A stretch of DNA of 34,233 bases from Kipferlia bialata (Eukaryota): the NCBI GenBank assembly GCA_003568945.1, contig BDIP01000068.1, forward strand, positions 1 through 34,233. The letters are read 5' to 3'. How positions within the stretch are numbered: position 1 is the stretch's first letter; the number at the start of each line of letters is the position of its first letter. Below, one piece after another: positions 14,801 to 25,004 of this stretch. The translations under genes and the position numbers were made by a program. Below the pieces are notes generated by a model. That model had not been told where the DNA came from. It saw nothing but the letters and a program-made list of their open reading frames with translations, and did not search any database.

Positions 14801-16991
14801 AACAGAGCTCTGACAGAGCCTGCAGACATTACCGTCAGTGCCTCCGTACGGCTAGAAGACACTCCTTCCGATGTGGTTGCCTATAGTTCTGCCACTTGGG
14901 ACTCAACCTTCCAGGGATACGTCACAGGTGAAGCAATGTGTCTAAATATCCCAGTTATGTCTCTAACCATCAGATGCAGAGTCACCCTTGGTCGTCAAGG
15001 CATTCGGGCAATGCAAGTGTGTGTTCAGCATCAGCAGTGAGTCGTTGGTATCTAACGATGGTGAGGTGACTCTCTCATTATCCGTTGATGCCTCCGAACA
15101 AGATGAGCCAGACGCCCTTTCGCAACTACTTGACTTGGACGCTCTCTATCTCATTGGTGGTGGATTGGTTGTAAGCATGGTAGTCTGTATAGCTTGCCTT
15201 ATCTGCTGTAGGCGCGGGGAACAGACTACCAAGACTCGTCGTTTGAAACCTCTGAGATCCCCGGTAAAGGGTGGGGGAGACTTGGAGAACCAGGCCTCGG
15301 CACCTGATATTGGACCCGTTGGCCTGACTAATTATACCCCACAGACACCCACTGGTACCTCGTCTTTCGATATCGGCTGCTTAGTCGGTAGAACGGTGAG
15401 TGTGTGGCAATAGTAGTCCTTCTGTCCACCAGCTAACCCTCAGGACGTGATTCCGCTGGTCAAGCTCCAGATGGTGCATGAACTTGGACAGGGGGCATAC
15501 GGCAAGGTACTGTCTTCTGTCGGTCAGGCATAGACGCAAATGTAACTGATGGTTCCTTGTACATTGTACATTCAATAGTTACCCATATTTACTCCCCACC
15601 AGGTGTGGCTGGTCAAGTGGCGGTCTGAAAAGTTTGCCGTCAAGCTCTTTAGCAGGAGTGGCATGTCTCCTGCTCACATTAAGGTATCTCAATGAATCCG
15701 TATGCATTGAGTAGTATCCTTATAGATATATAGACCGGAACCGCTCTTTACTCCTGTGTCGAGTGTGTGATTTCACAGCCTCATTTCAGTACTGTATATA
15801 TACGTAGTATCTCATATTGCTGTTTTGCTTCACACCAGGGTGTTGTGGCAGAGTACGAGCAGACCAAGAAACTCTACTCCGCCTTCATCGTGGACGTCCA
15901 GTGTCTGGTCATGGACGCTGACAACATCGGCTTCATGATGCGGTATCTGAGTGGCGGGACCTTGCACGACGCTATTCACAAGTAAGTGCCCTTGTGCCCA
16001 GTAGTATATATTGCTCTCCCTGCTCTGCGGTTTCTATCACAGTCTCACGTCAGGCCTGGTGCTCCTATGTCGTGGGATCTGCGGTCCTCGTTGGCCTACC
16101 AGATAGCGAGGGGGTGCCAGTACCTCTACTCCGGGGACCCCCCTGTAGAGCACAGAGACCTCAAGCCTGCCAATGTAAGTGCTCTGCTTGTGTCTGTCGT
16201 TGTGTTGGAATACTTACAGTTTACGTTTATGGATACAAATTAGAACTCATCGTAGGTTCTGCTGGAGAGCGACGGTCTTCGGTGCCGCATCTCAGACTTT
16301 GGACAGAGTAAGGTGCACGACACGTTCAAGACTTCCACGCTATCTCCTGCCCAAGGGACACTCAGCTACATGGCCCCTGAGCTCTTCAACCTTAGGTATT
16401 CATCTACTATTCTATATACACAATGCATGTGAAGAGAGACTTGAAACCAATGCAGCCTTCACAGCGTTATGGATAGCATTATTCTTCATAGCAATCGATA
16501 GCTGTGAGCCCATTTCTTTCGCTAGTGACTATTAGTATCCAATACCTAAGCTTTCTGACACTCAGGTTCCACTACAGCGAGAAGACTGACGTGTGGAGCT
16601 TCGGTGCCATCCTGTGGGAGATGATCTCTGGATTCCTGCCTTTCCAGGAACAGAGTCCACTCAGAATTCCCTCTATCATATGCAGCGGCGGTGGCTTCCC
16701 ATTCACCGAGGTGACTCACTCTCTAGTAATTAATACATTGTATAGCTGAGACTTAACATACCCTACATATTGCCAGTCTAGATACGCATAATTTCTCAGT
16801 TAGATGTGCTGTGAGTAGTTAAGGGGAGCCTGTTTTCAACCTCATCCCAGGGCTGGATCCCTGTCGATGCCCCTACTGTTCTGGTCAGTGTGGCCCAGGC
16901 CTGTCTCAGCATGGATCCCAGAGAGAGGCCCACCTTCAATGAGATTGTCACTAGTCTCCTTGACATCGTGTCCAATGACTTTGATGAGTGA
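5835..16991 (+). CDS. Single-pass receptor-like kinase: signal peptide, FG-GAP repeats, multiple Ig/filamin-like repeats, TM helix, TKL-type kinase
   Basis: Signal peptide MPPLLTILALLCVLSLSLA. FG-GAP repeats VGHSVSVDGNWMAIGAPYEDGDNGN|VYIY and FGYSLSLSGTWLAVGAP. Repeated D-x-x-GN beta-sandwich motifs. TM ALYLIGGGLVVSMVVCIACLICC-RR (15141-15209). Kinase motifs across exons: LGQGAYGK|V, AVK, HRDLKPAN|V, DFG, GTLSYMAPE, DVWSFG, RPTF. Stop TGA 16989-16991. Confidence 0.9.
7648..7940 (+). repeat. Donor-side exon echoes: ATGTCGGAGGGGTGCAG|GTAC-like unit x4 (one exonic, three intronic)
   Basis: Copies near 7648, 7723, 7806 and 7907, with an (ACTGAT)n microsatellite between copies. Confidence 0.85.
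8817..8908. repeat. Intronic tandem duplication of about 49 bp
   Basis: TACTATGTATTTTGCAGTG.C.CATATGTGGAGTTGATCAGTA occurs twice. Confidence 0.9.
12585..12641 (+). other. Non-canonical GC-AG intron (57 nt)
   Basis: CAG|GCAAGT...ACTGACACCAG|GCC gives PFVAMLQ|AFDQFGNR. Paralogous repeats have GT-AG introns at the same position (LVK|VFDEHGR, VFK|AFNQFGD, YLK|VYDMYGNR). Read-through hits an in-frame TAG. Confidence 0.8.
15444..16991 (+). other. Protein kinase domain, TKL-like, predicted Ser/Thr specificity, catalytically intact
   Basis: Gly loop, AVK lysine, HRDLKPAN, DFG, GTLSYMAPE, DVWSFGAILWEM and C..DP..RPTF are all present after splicing. Confidence 0.9.
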
Positions 16992-17450
16992 TTGTCACAA
17001 TCACTGCTTGTGTGGCACTCGACAGTCCTCTCTTCTGCCAATAGATCTTACATGTATACACACGAGTGATTGATGGCTTGGAATCCAGATTAGTTCTTAG
17101 TCATTGTCTGAGTCTCTGTAAGGGTGATAGAGCACATATGAGTTGGATCTCTGTGTGTCCAATAGTCTATTGGACCAATAGACTTGGAAAGAGTATGCTA
17201 TACAATGAAGTACCAGGCAGGACAAGCTGGTATTAGTAGTCTCTTGAACGACTAGACCATTGGATGTGTATATGGCTGGATCCAAAGAACAGTATAATGA
17301 CCTATGATTCAGGGCTGTAGTGAGCGTGGTACTGTAGGCTACAGTAACTGTAGCAACTGTTGATACCGGCCAAATCAGAGAACACATGGCCTCATCGGCT
17401 TATATGACTCCGATCACCATCCGCTTCACTCCCATCGTTTCACTCTACAA

Positions 17451-18997
17451 ATGAGAATCCTAGTTCTTGCGACTCTGGCTCTCCTAGCATGTGTCCTAGC
17501 CCAGTGTGGCATAGAGAGACACGCTTTGGAGTCCATATACAACGAGACCAATGGGCAGTTCTGGACTGTTGACAACAACTGGTGAGACTCATTCGATAGA
17601 GAAACTACTCCCTCAGTACATGGACCGGGACAGTTTCCCCCCATAGTAGACACTATGTGTAACGCCAGGCTCTCCCATGACCCTCACTGCCTCTGGGCAG
17701 GTGTCCAGTGTAACCCTGCAGGGTATGTATCAGAGCTGGACCTGTCCTCATTTGGGCTGACAGGCCACATCCCAGACGACATCGGATGCCTACCATTCCT
17801 GCAGGTGTGACTATTTCAATTATTGTAATAGATGTAGTCCATATAGTTCTTTAGTTCAATGAACTGTTCATACTCTAATGGATCAGGCCTTCTATGTCAA
17901 CCACAACCAAATGTTCGGGGTCATACCACAGGGGCTTTGCAGACTATCCAATCTCAAGGTATGTGGATGTTTAGTATCAGTATAGACTCTAGTACCATGC
18001 TTCAGTATACACAGTACTGTAGTCAGTGAGACACTCAATTCTGACTAGCAGTACTAATCATTGCTGAATATGAGGTTTGTTCAGCACTCTTCCTCCTGCG
18101 TATACTGAAGAGTACAGTTCATGGGTCTCTCAATACCGTCGTCCACTGTCTAATAGCAGTACCTACAGATGGACTCCACTGGGCTGGGTGGATACATTCC
18201 AGAGTGTATTTGCACCATGGACAACCTTCAGTACGCCTACATAAGGTTAGTCATCACCCTTTTCAAGCAGCCTTGAACCTAGTGTTCCATATACACTGAT
18301 CCATTGGTACAGTGAGTTCTCATGTCAGTGATAATGCTCTCGAGGGCGAGATACCCTCTTGCGTGGGTGATATGACCTACCTACGTGAGCTGCACTGTAC
18401 GTTCTACAGTGAAGTGTACACTGTGTAGAATCTAAACAACATGTATATGATAGTGTAACACTGTCATCTTACCCAATATTGCGAGGTACTAACAGAACAG
18501 TACCTTTACTTTACTCTCAGGCCTCAAGTCTCTAAGCACTATACTTGTATCATTTCCTCTCTCACTGCAGTGAATGGCAATTACCTTGCTGGTACTGTTC
18601 CTCATGTGTTTGACAGCCTGGACTTCCTGGAGGTGTGACCCAGACATAGTATCTAGTAGGACTGCAATATGTAACTCTATATGAAGTGTCTCTAACACAG
18701 GAACTCTGGCTCCAGTGTAACTATGACCTAGAATGCGCTCCTCTCACAGGGGACTTCATCTACGAGTGCGGGTACGATATATCCCAACCTTAAGAAAGCG
18801 TGTACATCGATGAGTATTCCAATATGTTAATCCGCCCTATATGGTATTATGCCGGGCGATATGACCGCATTACACACAATTCCTATACTTTCATCGTTTT
18901 ACCCAGGTATGACATGGACTCATGTCTCAAGCCGGTAGGGTGTCCCATATACGTATTGTTGGTGGATTGCGGAAGGTACTATTGGACAGACATGTAA
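17451..18997 (+). CDS. Secreted leucine-rich-repeat protein with plant-type LRRNT cap and LxGxIP repeats
   Basis: Signal peptide MRILVLATLALLACVLA. Cap ERHALESIY..W..HCLWAGVQC. Repeats LDLSSFGLTGHIP, YVNHNQMFGVIP, MDSTGLGGYIP, SDNALEGEIP, LNGNYLAGTVP. Cys-rich tail, TAA at 18995-18997. No TM helix seen. Confidence 0.85.
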
Positions 18998-19143
18998 CGG
19001 ACATGTTTGAACTGTAGTAGAGTCTCTACAAACTGCACTAAATTATCACATGTACCTCTCTTGTAGAGTCTATCCGAGTACTCAACCAGAATTTCTATCT
19101 ATCGATGTCTATTAGACACATACAGATATCTGCTCTATCCCCC

Positions 19144-22005
19144 TTAGAGAGTGACGATGACTGGTGGAAGCTCCACATCATCATAGTCCTCTCCATAGGA
19201 GGCGCCAAACACAAGCTCGACGTACCTCTTATCGGGGGTGGCCTGGGAGTGAGGAGTATGCACTGACACAGAGATGACTGTGAACACATACCACCTAGAC
19301 AGTATCCAGTCTTTGAGAGAAACATTGAGTCGGTAGAGTGTCGACATAACCATAAGACACATGCATCAATGCCATCCTCACCTTGAGAGCCTTCTTGAGG
19401 GCCTCGGCCAGGGGCAGGTTGATGATCTCCTTCATCTTCTGCTTCTTGAATGCATTGTACACGATGGAGGTGCCGCATGTCACCATGTCCACATCGCACT
19501 TGTAGCTGGGGTGAGGGCATGCAATATACAAAGACAACGCATCATGACACCATGTTGTATACATATATATATATATATAGCATCCATACCGTGTAGAGAC
19601 GTGGGTGACCAGCTCGCTGAGTGTCTTGGATGCCCCGTCTACAGTGATGGAGTCCCACACAGTGAACTCCTCCTCAGTAGAGGCAATGGTGGTCTGGGGT
19701 CAGGTGTACATTTTACAATTCTATATATAACAGTGAAACTGCTTCTGATACTGACACTCAGTAGAGTAGAGGTAATGGTGGTCTGGGGTCAGGGATACAT
19801 CTGTAAAGATATATTAATATATAGCAGTCAAACTGATACTGACACTCAGCAAAGGCAATGCTGGGCCAAGGTAAGCATTGTGTGGGAGATAGAGTTGTGT
19901 AGGTAGTGTACAGTACACACCCACCTTGTTGGGCTCTGCTGGCTCAGCTGCCTGGAAGATGGGGATGGCAAGGTTGAGGAACACCTGGGGGTGAGTGAAA
20001 GGGGAACAGCGACCACCTAACACTACAGTCACACATGGAAGTACATACCTGTCTGAGGTCTGAGATGGGGTGTGTGGAGAGAGTCTTGCACTGCTCCACA
20101 GCCACCAGCCCAACCACAGCAGCTGTGGTGGTGATCATGGCGGGGATGATGCGGCCGGCAACACGCTTGGACTCGGCCTGGGGTGAATAAATGCACAACT
20201 ATACAGACAATTCTGCAATACCAATTACGTATACATGTACTGACTATATGGATACAGTAGTAGTTGATGCCTCCCACCTTGGAGACAGTCTCGATCCTGT
20301 AGTTGCTCGCCCTGAGGTTGGCGCATGCGTGGATGAATGCAATGTGGTCGTTGGAGTCGTCGTCCTTCTCAAACTCATGGAGGAAGAGAGACTTGTGGCC
20401 TGGAGGTGAGGGAGGAGTCAGTATTATAGAGGTCATACGGAGATTGGACAATGTCTGGCTGGGAGCTTGGCCACGGCAATCTCGAACTCATTCTTACAGT
20501 ACACATAAGCATACAATGAATAGTATAATACACATGTGTATATACTATATATATAGATGGTATACCTGCCCTTGCTGGCAGCTTGGCCACAGCCATCTCA
20601 AACTCGTCTCCCATGGGTGTGTCGGCATCACCACCGGCAATGACATTGCCCTCCTCGTCCTCAATCTGGGCGTAAGGGAGATGTATATATGAATATATAT
20701 GTTTATGAATACAAGTATATACATACTATAATATGAAATATGACATTGCCCTCCTCGTCCTCAATCTAGGGTAAGGGGTTGGAAAAACAGATATAGACAC
20801 CCATAACTATTGGTACACATTGGTGTGATATGCTGATACTACTATTACATATTATGGCATTGCCCTCCTCGTCCTCAATCTGTGGTGAGGGGTTGATACA
20901 TTGATTGTTATATGCCATAAGTATACATATTGGCGTGATGCTATGGCATTGGCCTTCTCGTTCTCGTTATGGCAACAAACATATGTCAAAACCCACATAT
21001 ACATACAATCCCCCTACCTTAGTGGCGTGGTATGTGTATGGCTTGACTGTGATGGTGGGGATGAGTCTGTCCACATCGGCATGCACCGTCATGGGGTCCA
21101 TCTGGGGGGTTAAGGGAGAACAAAGTGAAACTGGATATATATATGAATATATAGGACTATAATTACTTCCCGAATAGTCATGGGGTCCATCTGAGGTTAG
21201 AGAGACAGAGTGAAACTGGATATATAGGATAATAGATACTATCCAAATAGTCATGGGGTCCATCTGACATAAGAGAGACAAAGTGAAACTGGATATATAG
21301 GATAATAGTTATTATCCGAATAGTCATGGGGTCCATCTGGGGGGTGAGACAAAATCAAAATGAAATTGATATATCTATATGGAGAGATCGGTGTGGTAAT
21401 AATTAGGTCATGGGGTCCATCTGGGGGGTGACTAATATGCACATGAATAGATTGATCATAGGAATATAAGTGTAAACTATATATATGTATATCATACCAG
21501 TATATACATGCAGAGTGTGGACCCACCTCAATGTTGAACATCTCGGCTCTGAGCCTGGCACCTGCCCTGACGAAGCCCATGCACAGGGGGTTCTGGGGGG
21601 TAAGATACATACAAAGCGAAGTATATATACATAGTACAAACTAATACAATCCAAATACATCCAAGTATGGGGACTACATACAGGTAAATGGCATATATAT
21701 GCCTACCTCCACGTCGAATGGGATCTCTACGGGTGGCCTCTTGGCACCAGTCCAGAAGAGAGCGCCTAAGGGTCAGAGCTACAAATACGGTAAAACATTG
21801 AAGGGGTAATATTGAAATAGGACATGTCTACCTGTTGTCTCGTCTCTCTTGTCGACTGGGAACAGGAGGAGTAGGGACCTCTGGGCATAGACAAACAGCT
21901 CGTGGTAGAGGTTCATGGCCCACTCGACACAGTCTGCAAAGGAGGACGGCTTGGAGGAGGGGGAGATGCAGTCGACAATGGTCTCAACCTGGGGGGGTGA
22001 ATAGT

Positions 22006-22044
<39 letters not shown>

Positions 22045-23083
22045 AAGAGAGGCAGACGACAATATGTCCTCACAAGTGTATACAGTGTGTACCTTAGTGG
22101 TCCTGGTGGATGTGTTGCTCCTGATGCTGTCGACAAAGTCCTCGTTGTTGAGGTAGGCATTCACAACCTGGCGTAAGTCTCAAACTATACGTAACACAAC
22201 TAAGTATCGAGGGTCAGTGTATCTATGGAAACATAACTAAATATCCTGTTAGGGTTGTATTACCATACCTCCGACTCGTTGTGGAAGAACCCCTCGAACC
22301 TGTCCCTGGCCCAGACCAGACAGTGGGTGATGTTGTTGGGGAAGTTGTGGATGAGGCAGGCAGGCTCCTCCTTCTCCTCTAGAAGTGAGTATATAAAGGG
22401 TGTAGAGGGGGAGAGAGAGAGAGAGAGAGGAAGAGAGTACGTACGGGGGTCTGGCTGGGCACCGTAGTTCTCGGTGATGTTGGGGAAGACAGGTGTGGTG
22501 TTGGCCTGGGGGCCTGGGGGTTAGTAACCGCAAGATATACTATCACGGATATCAGTGATACATACCAAGATCATGAGGATATAGATACATATACCACATG
22601 CCGTACCGAGTGTGCCGCTGTCGAGCATGGGGAGTCCGTGCCTGATGGCCTTCTCGTCACAGTACCTGGGGGGTGAGATACAAATAGCATGCGCAGTAAG
22701 AAACAATTGCATCGGATTCTTGTGATGGTACTTATACAGATAGCCTTCTCCTCACAGACGGGGGGGTTGAACATAGTCAACACATATACTAATACTTCAC
22801 AATAATATAAATGTATCATACCTCCTAGCGTTGACGTTGTCGAGGCCTGTCACGATGTAGGAGAGTGATGACCAGAAGGCATGGTCGAGGACATCCTCGG
22901 TCTCAGGGCACACCCTGGGGGTGAGGGTATTGATTGTGACATATATACAGCACATAAGCAGGAGGTGGCTATAGTGTACGATTAGAACTATACACAGGTA
23001 TATATATACCCCACCTGATGGCCATTGACTGGCAGTTGAACTCAGGGTTCATCCTGGAGACAGCACCAACAGCGGCCTCAGAC
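19144..23083 (-). CDS. UBA1: Ubiquitin-activating enzyme E1 (UBA1-like), C-terminal half only, about 17 exons
   Basis: [34 protein letters not shown], catalytic Cys in [90 protein letters not shown], and a UFD-like C-terminus ending [10 protein letters not shown]. Confidence 0.93.
20641..21430 (-). repeat. Two acceptor-side echo arrays in UBA1 introns (YAG|ATTGAGGACGAGGAGGGCAATG x3-4; CAG|ATGGACCCCATGAC x5)
   Basis: First array near 20641, 20741, 20856 and degenerate 20943. Second array near 21088, 21178, 21251, 21324 and 21408. Confidence 0.9.
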
Positions 23084-23166
23084 TGACAGTTAGAGAGAGA
23101 GAGAGAGTGTGTGTGGGATGGCAACGGAGCAACCAGAGCTGCCTCGGAACTCATAAAGTAGGAATA

Positions 23167-23191
23167 GGGGGGGGGGGGGGGGGGGGGGGGG
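23167..23191. repeat. Poly-G tract (25 nt) where UBA1 homology stops
   Basis: Directly visible homopolymer; sequence character changes across it. Confidence 0.95.
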
Positions 23192-23308
23192 AAGAGGCAG
23201 AAGTCAATGATGGATTCACCGCACTGGCAACTGACTGTGTGAGAGCAGTGAGCCATGTCAGTCAATCCGAGTTCTAATACTCCTAACATGTCTTGCCGAA
23301 ACAAAGAA

Positions 23309-23680
23309 CTACAACTCAGGTTTCTGCTCCTTCTGCTCCTTCTGCTCCTTCTGCTCCTTCTGCTCCTTCTGAAGTTCAGCGATCATACTATCCCAGCCCG
23401 TGGTGGCTAGCTCATTCCGGCTAGCTCTACTGTTCCACAGGAGGTATAGGTAATCCAGTGCTGCAGAAACAGCCACCGCCTCCGTAGCACCACGGAAAGT
23501 GCGTCCATCGTGGTGGAAGTGAGCGATATTTCCATGAAAGGCAGTAAAACTCACAACAGACCGAGTGGGATTATTGAACTCGGACGCGATCAGCAGGGCC
23601 ATGTTGCTCCTCTTCAACATCTTCCGCAGCTGGTCTTTGTCGGACTCAAACAACGCAGTGTGCTCCTGTCTTGTGACCAT
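23309..23680 (-). CDS. Intronless 123-aa orphan ORF with a C-terminal QKE repeat
   Basis: ATG-to-TAG ORF with coding-like composition and no TA microsatellites. The 9-bp repeat keeps the frame. No family recognised. Confidence 0.5.
   Translation of the reverse strand: MVTRQEHTALFESDKDQLRKMLKRSNMALLIASEFNNPTRSVVSFTAFHGNIAHFHHDGRTFRGATEAVAVSAALDYLYLLWNSRASRNELATTGWDSMIAELQKEQKEQKEQKEQKEQKPEL
23322..23371. repeat. 9-bp tandem repeat (TTCTGCTCC) x about 5.5, encoding QKE repeats on the minus strand
   Basis: Directly visible. Confidence 0.95.
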
Positions 23681-24204
23681 TGTGGTTCCAATGACTGGGT
23701 AAATAGAAGGTTGTTACTCACACAATGTGAGTTTTACTGTGTGGCTCAAGTTTTTGGACCCGTAATACTGTACTAAAAATAGAAATCAAAGGGTTTATCC
23801 TTAGGGTTCCGAGATGGCGGTTGGTACTATAACACTCACTACGTAACGCCATTTATCATTGTGGTCGAATCCGCCACTCAATGAAGCAGCTAAGATAGAA
23901 ATACAGCAAGAAATACTTGGTTCACAACATCATCCAACAAATACAGCTGAAAACACAAAAGACCGTAGGGCCAACCTCCCAATACGGCAACGCAACGTGT
24001 ACATAGCCGTATGTACATGTACATGCACATACCACATCACATTGCAACACAACCCCCTCCCTCTCTGCCTGGACAGCACCGAGAGAGGACTACTCTCCCC
24101 CTGCGACAACAGAGGGAGTATACCTACTACCTAACCATGAACTCTCTCTCTCTTTCTCTCCACTCATACACTCTCTCTCCCTCTCTCCCTCTCACTGTAC
24201 TGTC

Positions 24205-24573
24205 CTACTGTTGTGGTGACCCAGGGTATCCATGGTACTTGCCACTCCCTAGGCCTGGGTCGAGGTCTATGGCGTTGCCCAGTGCTGCCTGGGCCCCACC
24301 CATACCATCTATACCATCTATGGGCACTATGCCACCCATGCATGGCCCCATGCTGGATAGAGGGTCCATGGGTGAGGCAAGGGGGTCGTCAAAGAGACCA
24401 GGCCACTCCTCTCCCCCGTTGTCTCCATCGCCCTCGGGCACTATCTGGGGTTATATACATATACTGTATCTATGTTAGGTATATGTCAGTGTCATGGTCC
24501 CCCTACCTCCACCTTTGGGTCCAGGGCATTGAGCCTGTCCTCATAGAAGGCAATGAGGGCATCGGGGTGGGTT
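24205..24573 (-). CDS. Last two exons of a 5'-truncated gene; possible HP1-like chromo-shadow domain end plus an acidic/Gly-rich tail
   Basis: Exon 24573-24507 reads THPDALIAFYEDRLNALDPKVE, resembling HP1 CPQIVIAFYEERL. It joins in frame by GT-AG to exon 24444-24205 (IVPEGDGD...GSPQQ*). Upstream exons fall in or beyond the gap. Confidence 0.5.
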
Positions 24574-24676
24574 CTGAGGGTGAGGAGGGAGAGAGAGGGG
24601 GGGGGGGGATGTAGAGAGAGAGAGAGAGAGAGAGAGGCAATGAGAGCACATAGGGGGGGGGGGGGGGGTCCCCCCA

Positions 24677-24908
24677 NNNNNNNNNNNNNNNNNNNNNNNN
24701 NNNNNNNNNNNNNNNNNNNNNNNNNNNNNNNNNNNNNNNNNNNNNNNNNNNNNNNNNNNNNNNNNNNNNNNNNNNNNNNNNNNNNNNNNNNNNNNNNNNN
24801 NNNNNNNNNNNNNNNNNNNNNNNNNNNNNNNNNNNNNNNNNNNNNNNNNNNNNNNNNNNNNNNNNNNNNNNNNNNNNNNNNNNNNNNNNNNNNNNNNNNN
24901 NNNNNNNN
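24677..24908. other. Assembly gap (232 N) flanked by G/C homopolymer-rich sequence
   Basis: Run of N. It must hide the 5' ends of two divergent genes. Confidence 1.
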
Positions 24909-25004
24909 CCCTCCCCCAACCCCTTCCCCCCCCCCCCCCCCCTCCCCCCACTCTACCCCTTATGTCTCTATCCTACTCTCTTTGTGTCAGTATTCTCACC
25001 CCAG

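Noticed and set aside
15444..16991. Receptor tyrosine kinase
   Set aside because: HRDLKPAN and GTLSYMAPE are Ser/Thr (TKL) signatures, not HRDLAARN and P..W.
20641..21430. Repeat-spacer arrays resembling CRISPR
   Set aside because: The repeats are copies of UBA1 exon starts within introns, are not palindromic and have irregular spacing. There are no cas genes and the context is eukaryotic.
22007..22040. (AG)n, (TA)n, (AATAT)n and (ACTGAT)n microsatellites
   Set aside because: Ordinary intronic simple repeats with no sign of specific function.
23192..24200. Transposon insertion into UBA1
   Set aside because: No terminal repeats, target-site duplication, transposase or reverse transcriptase was found, and UBA1 does not resume on the other side.
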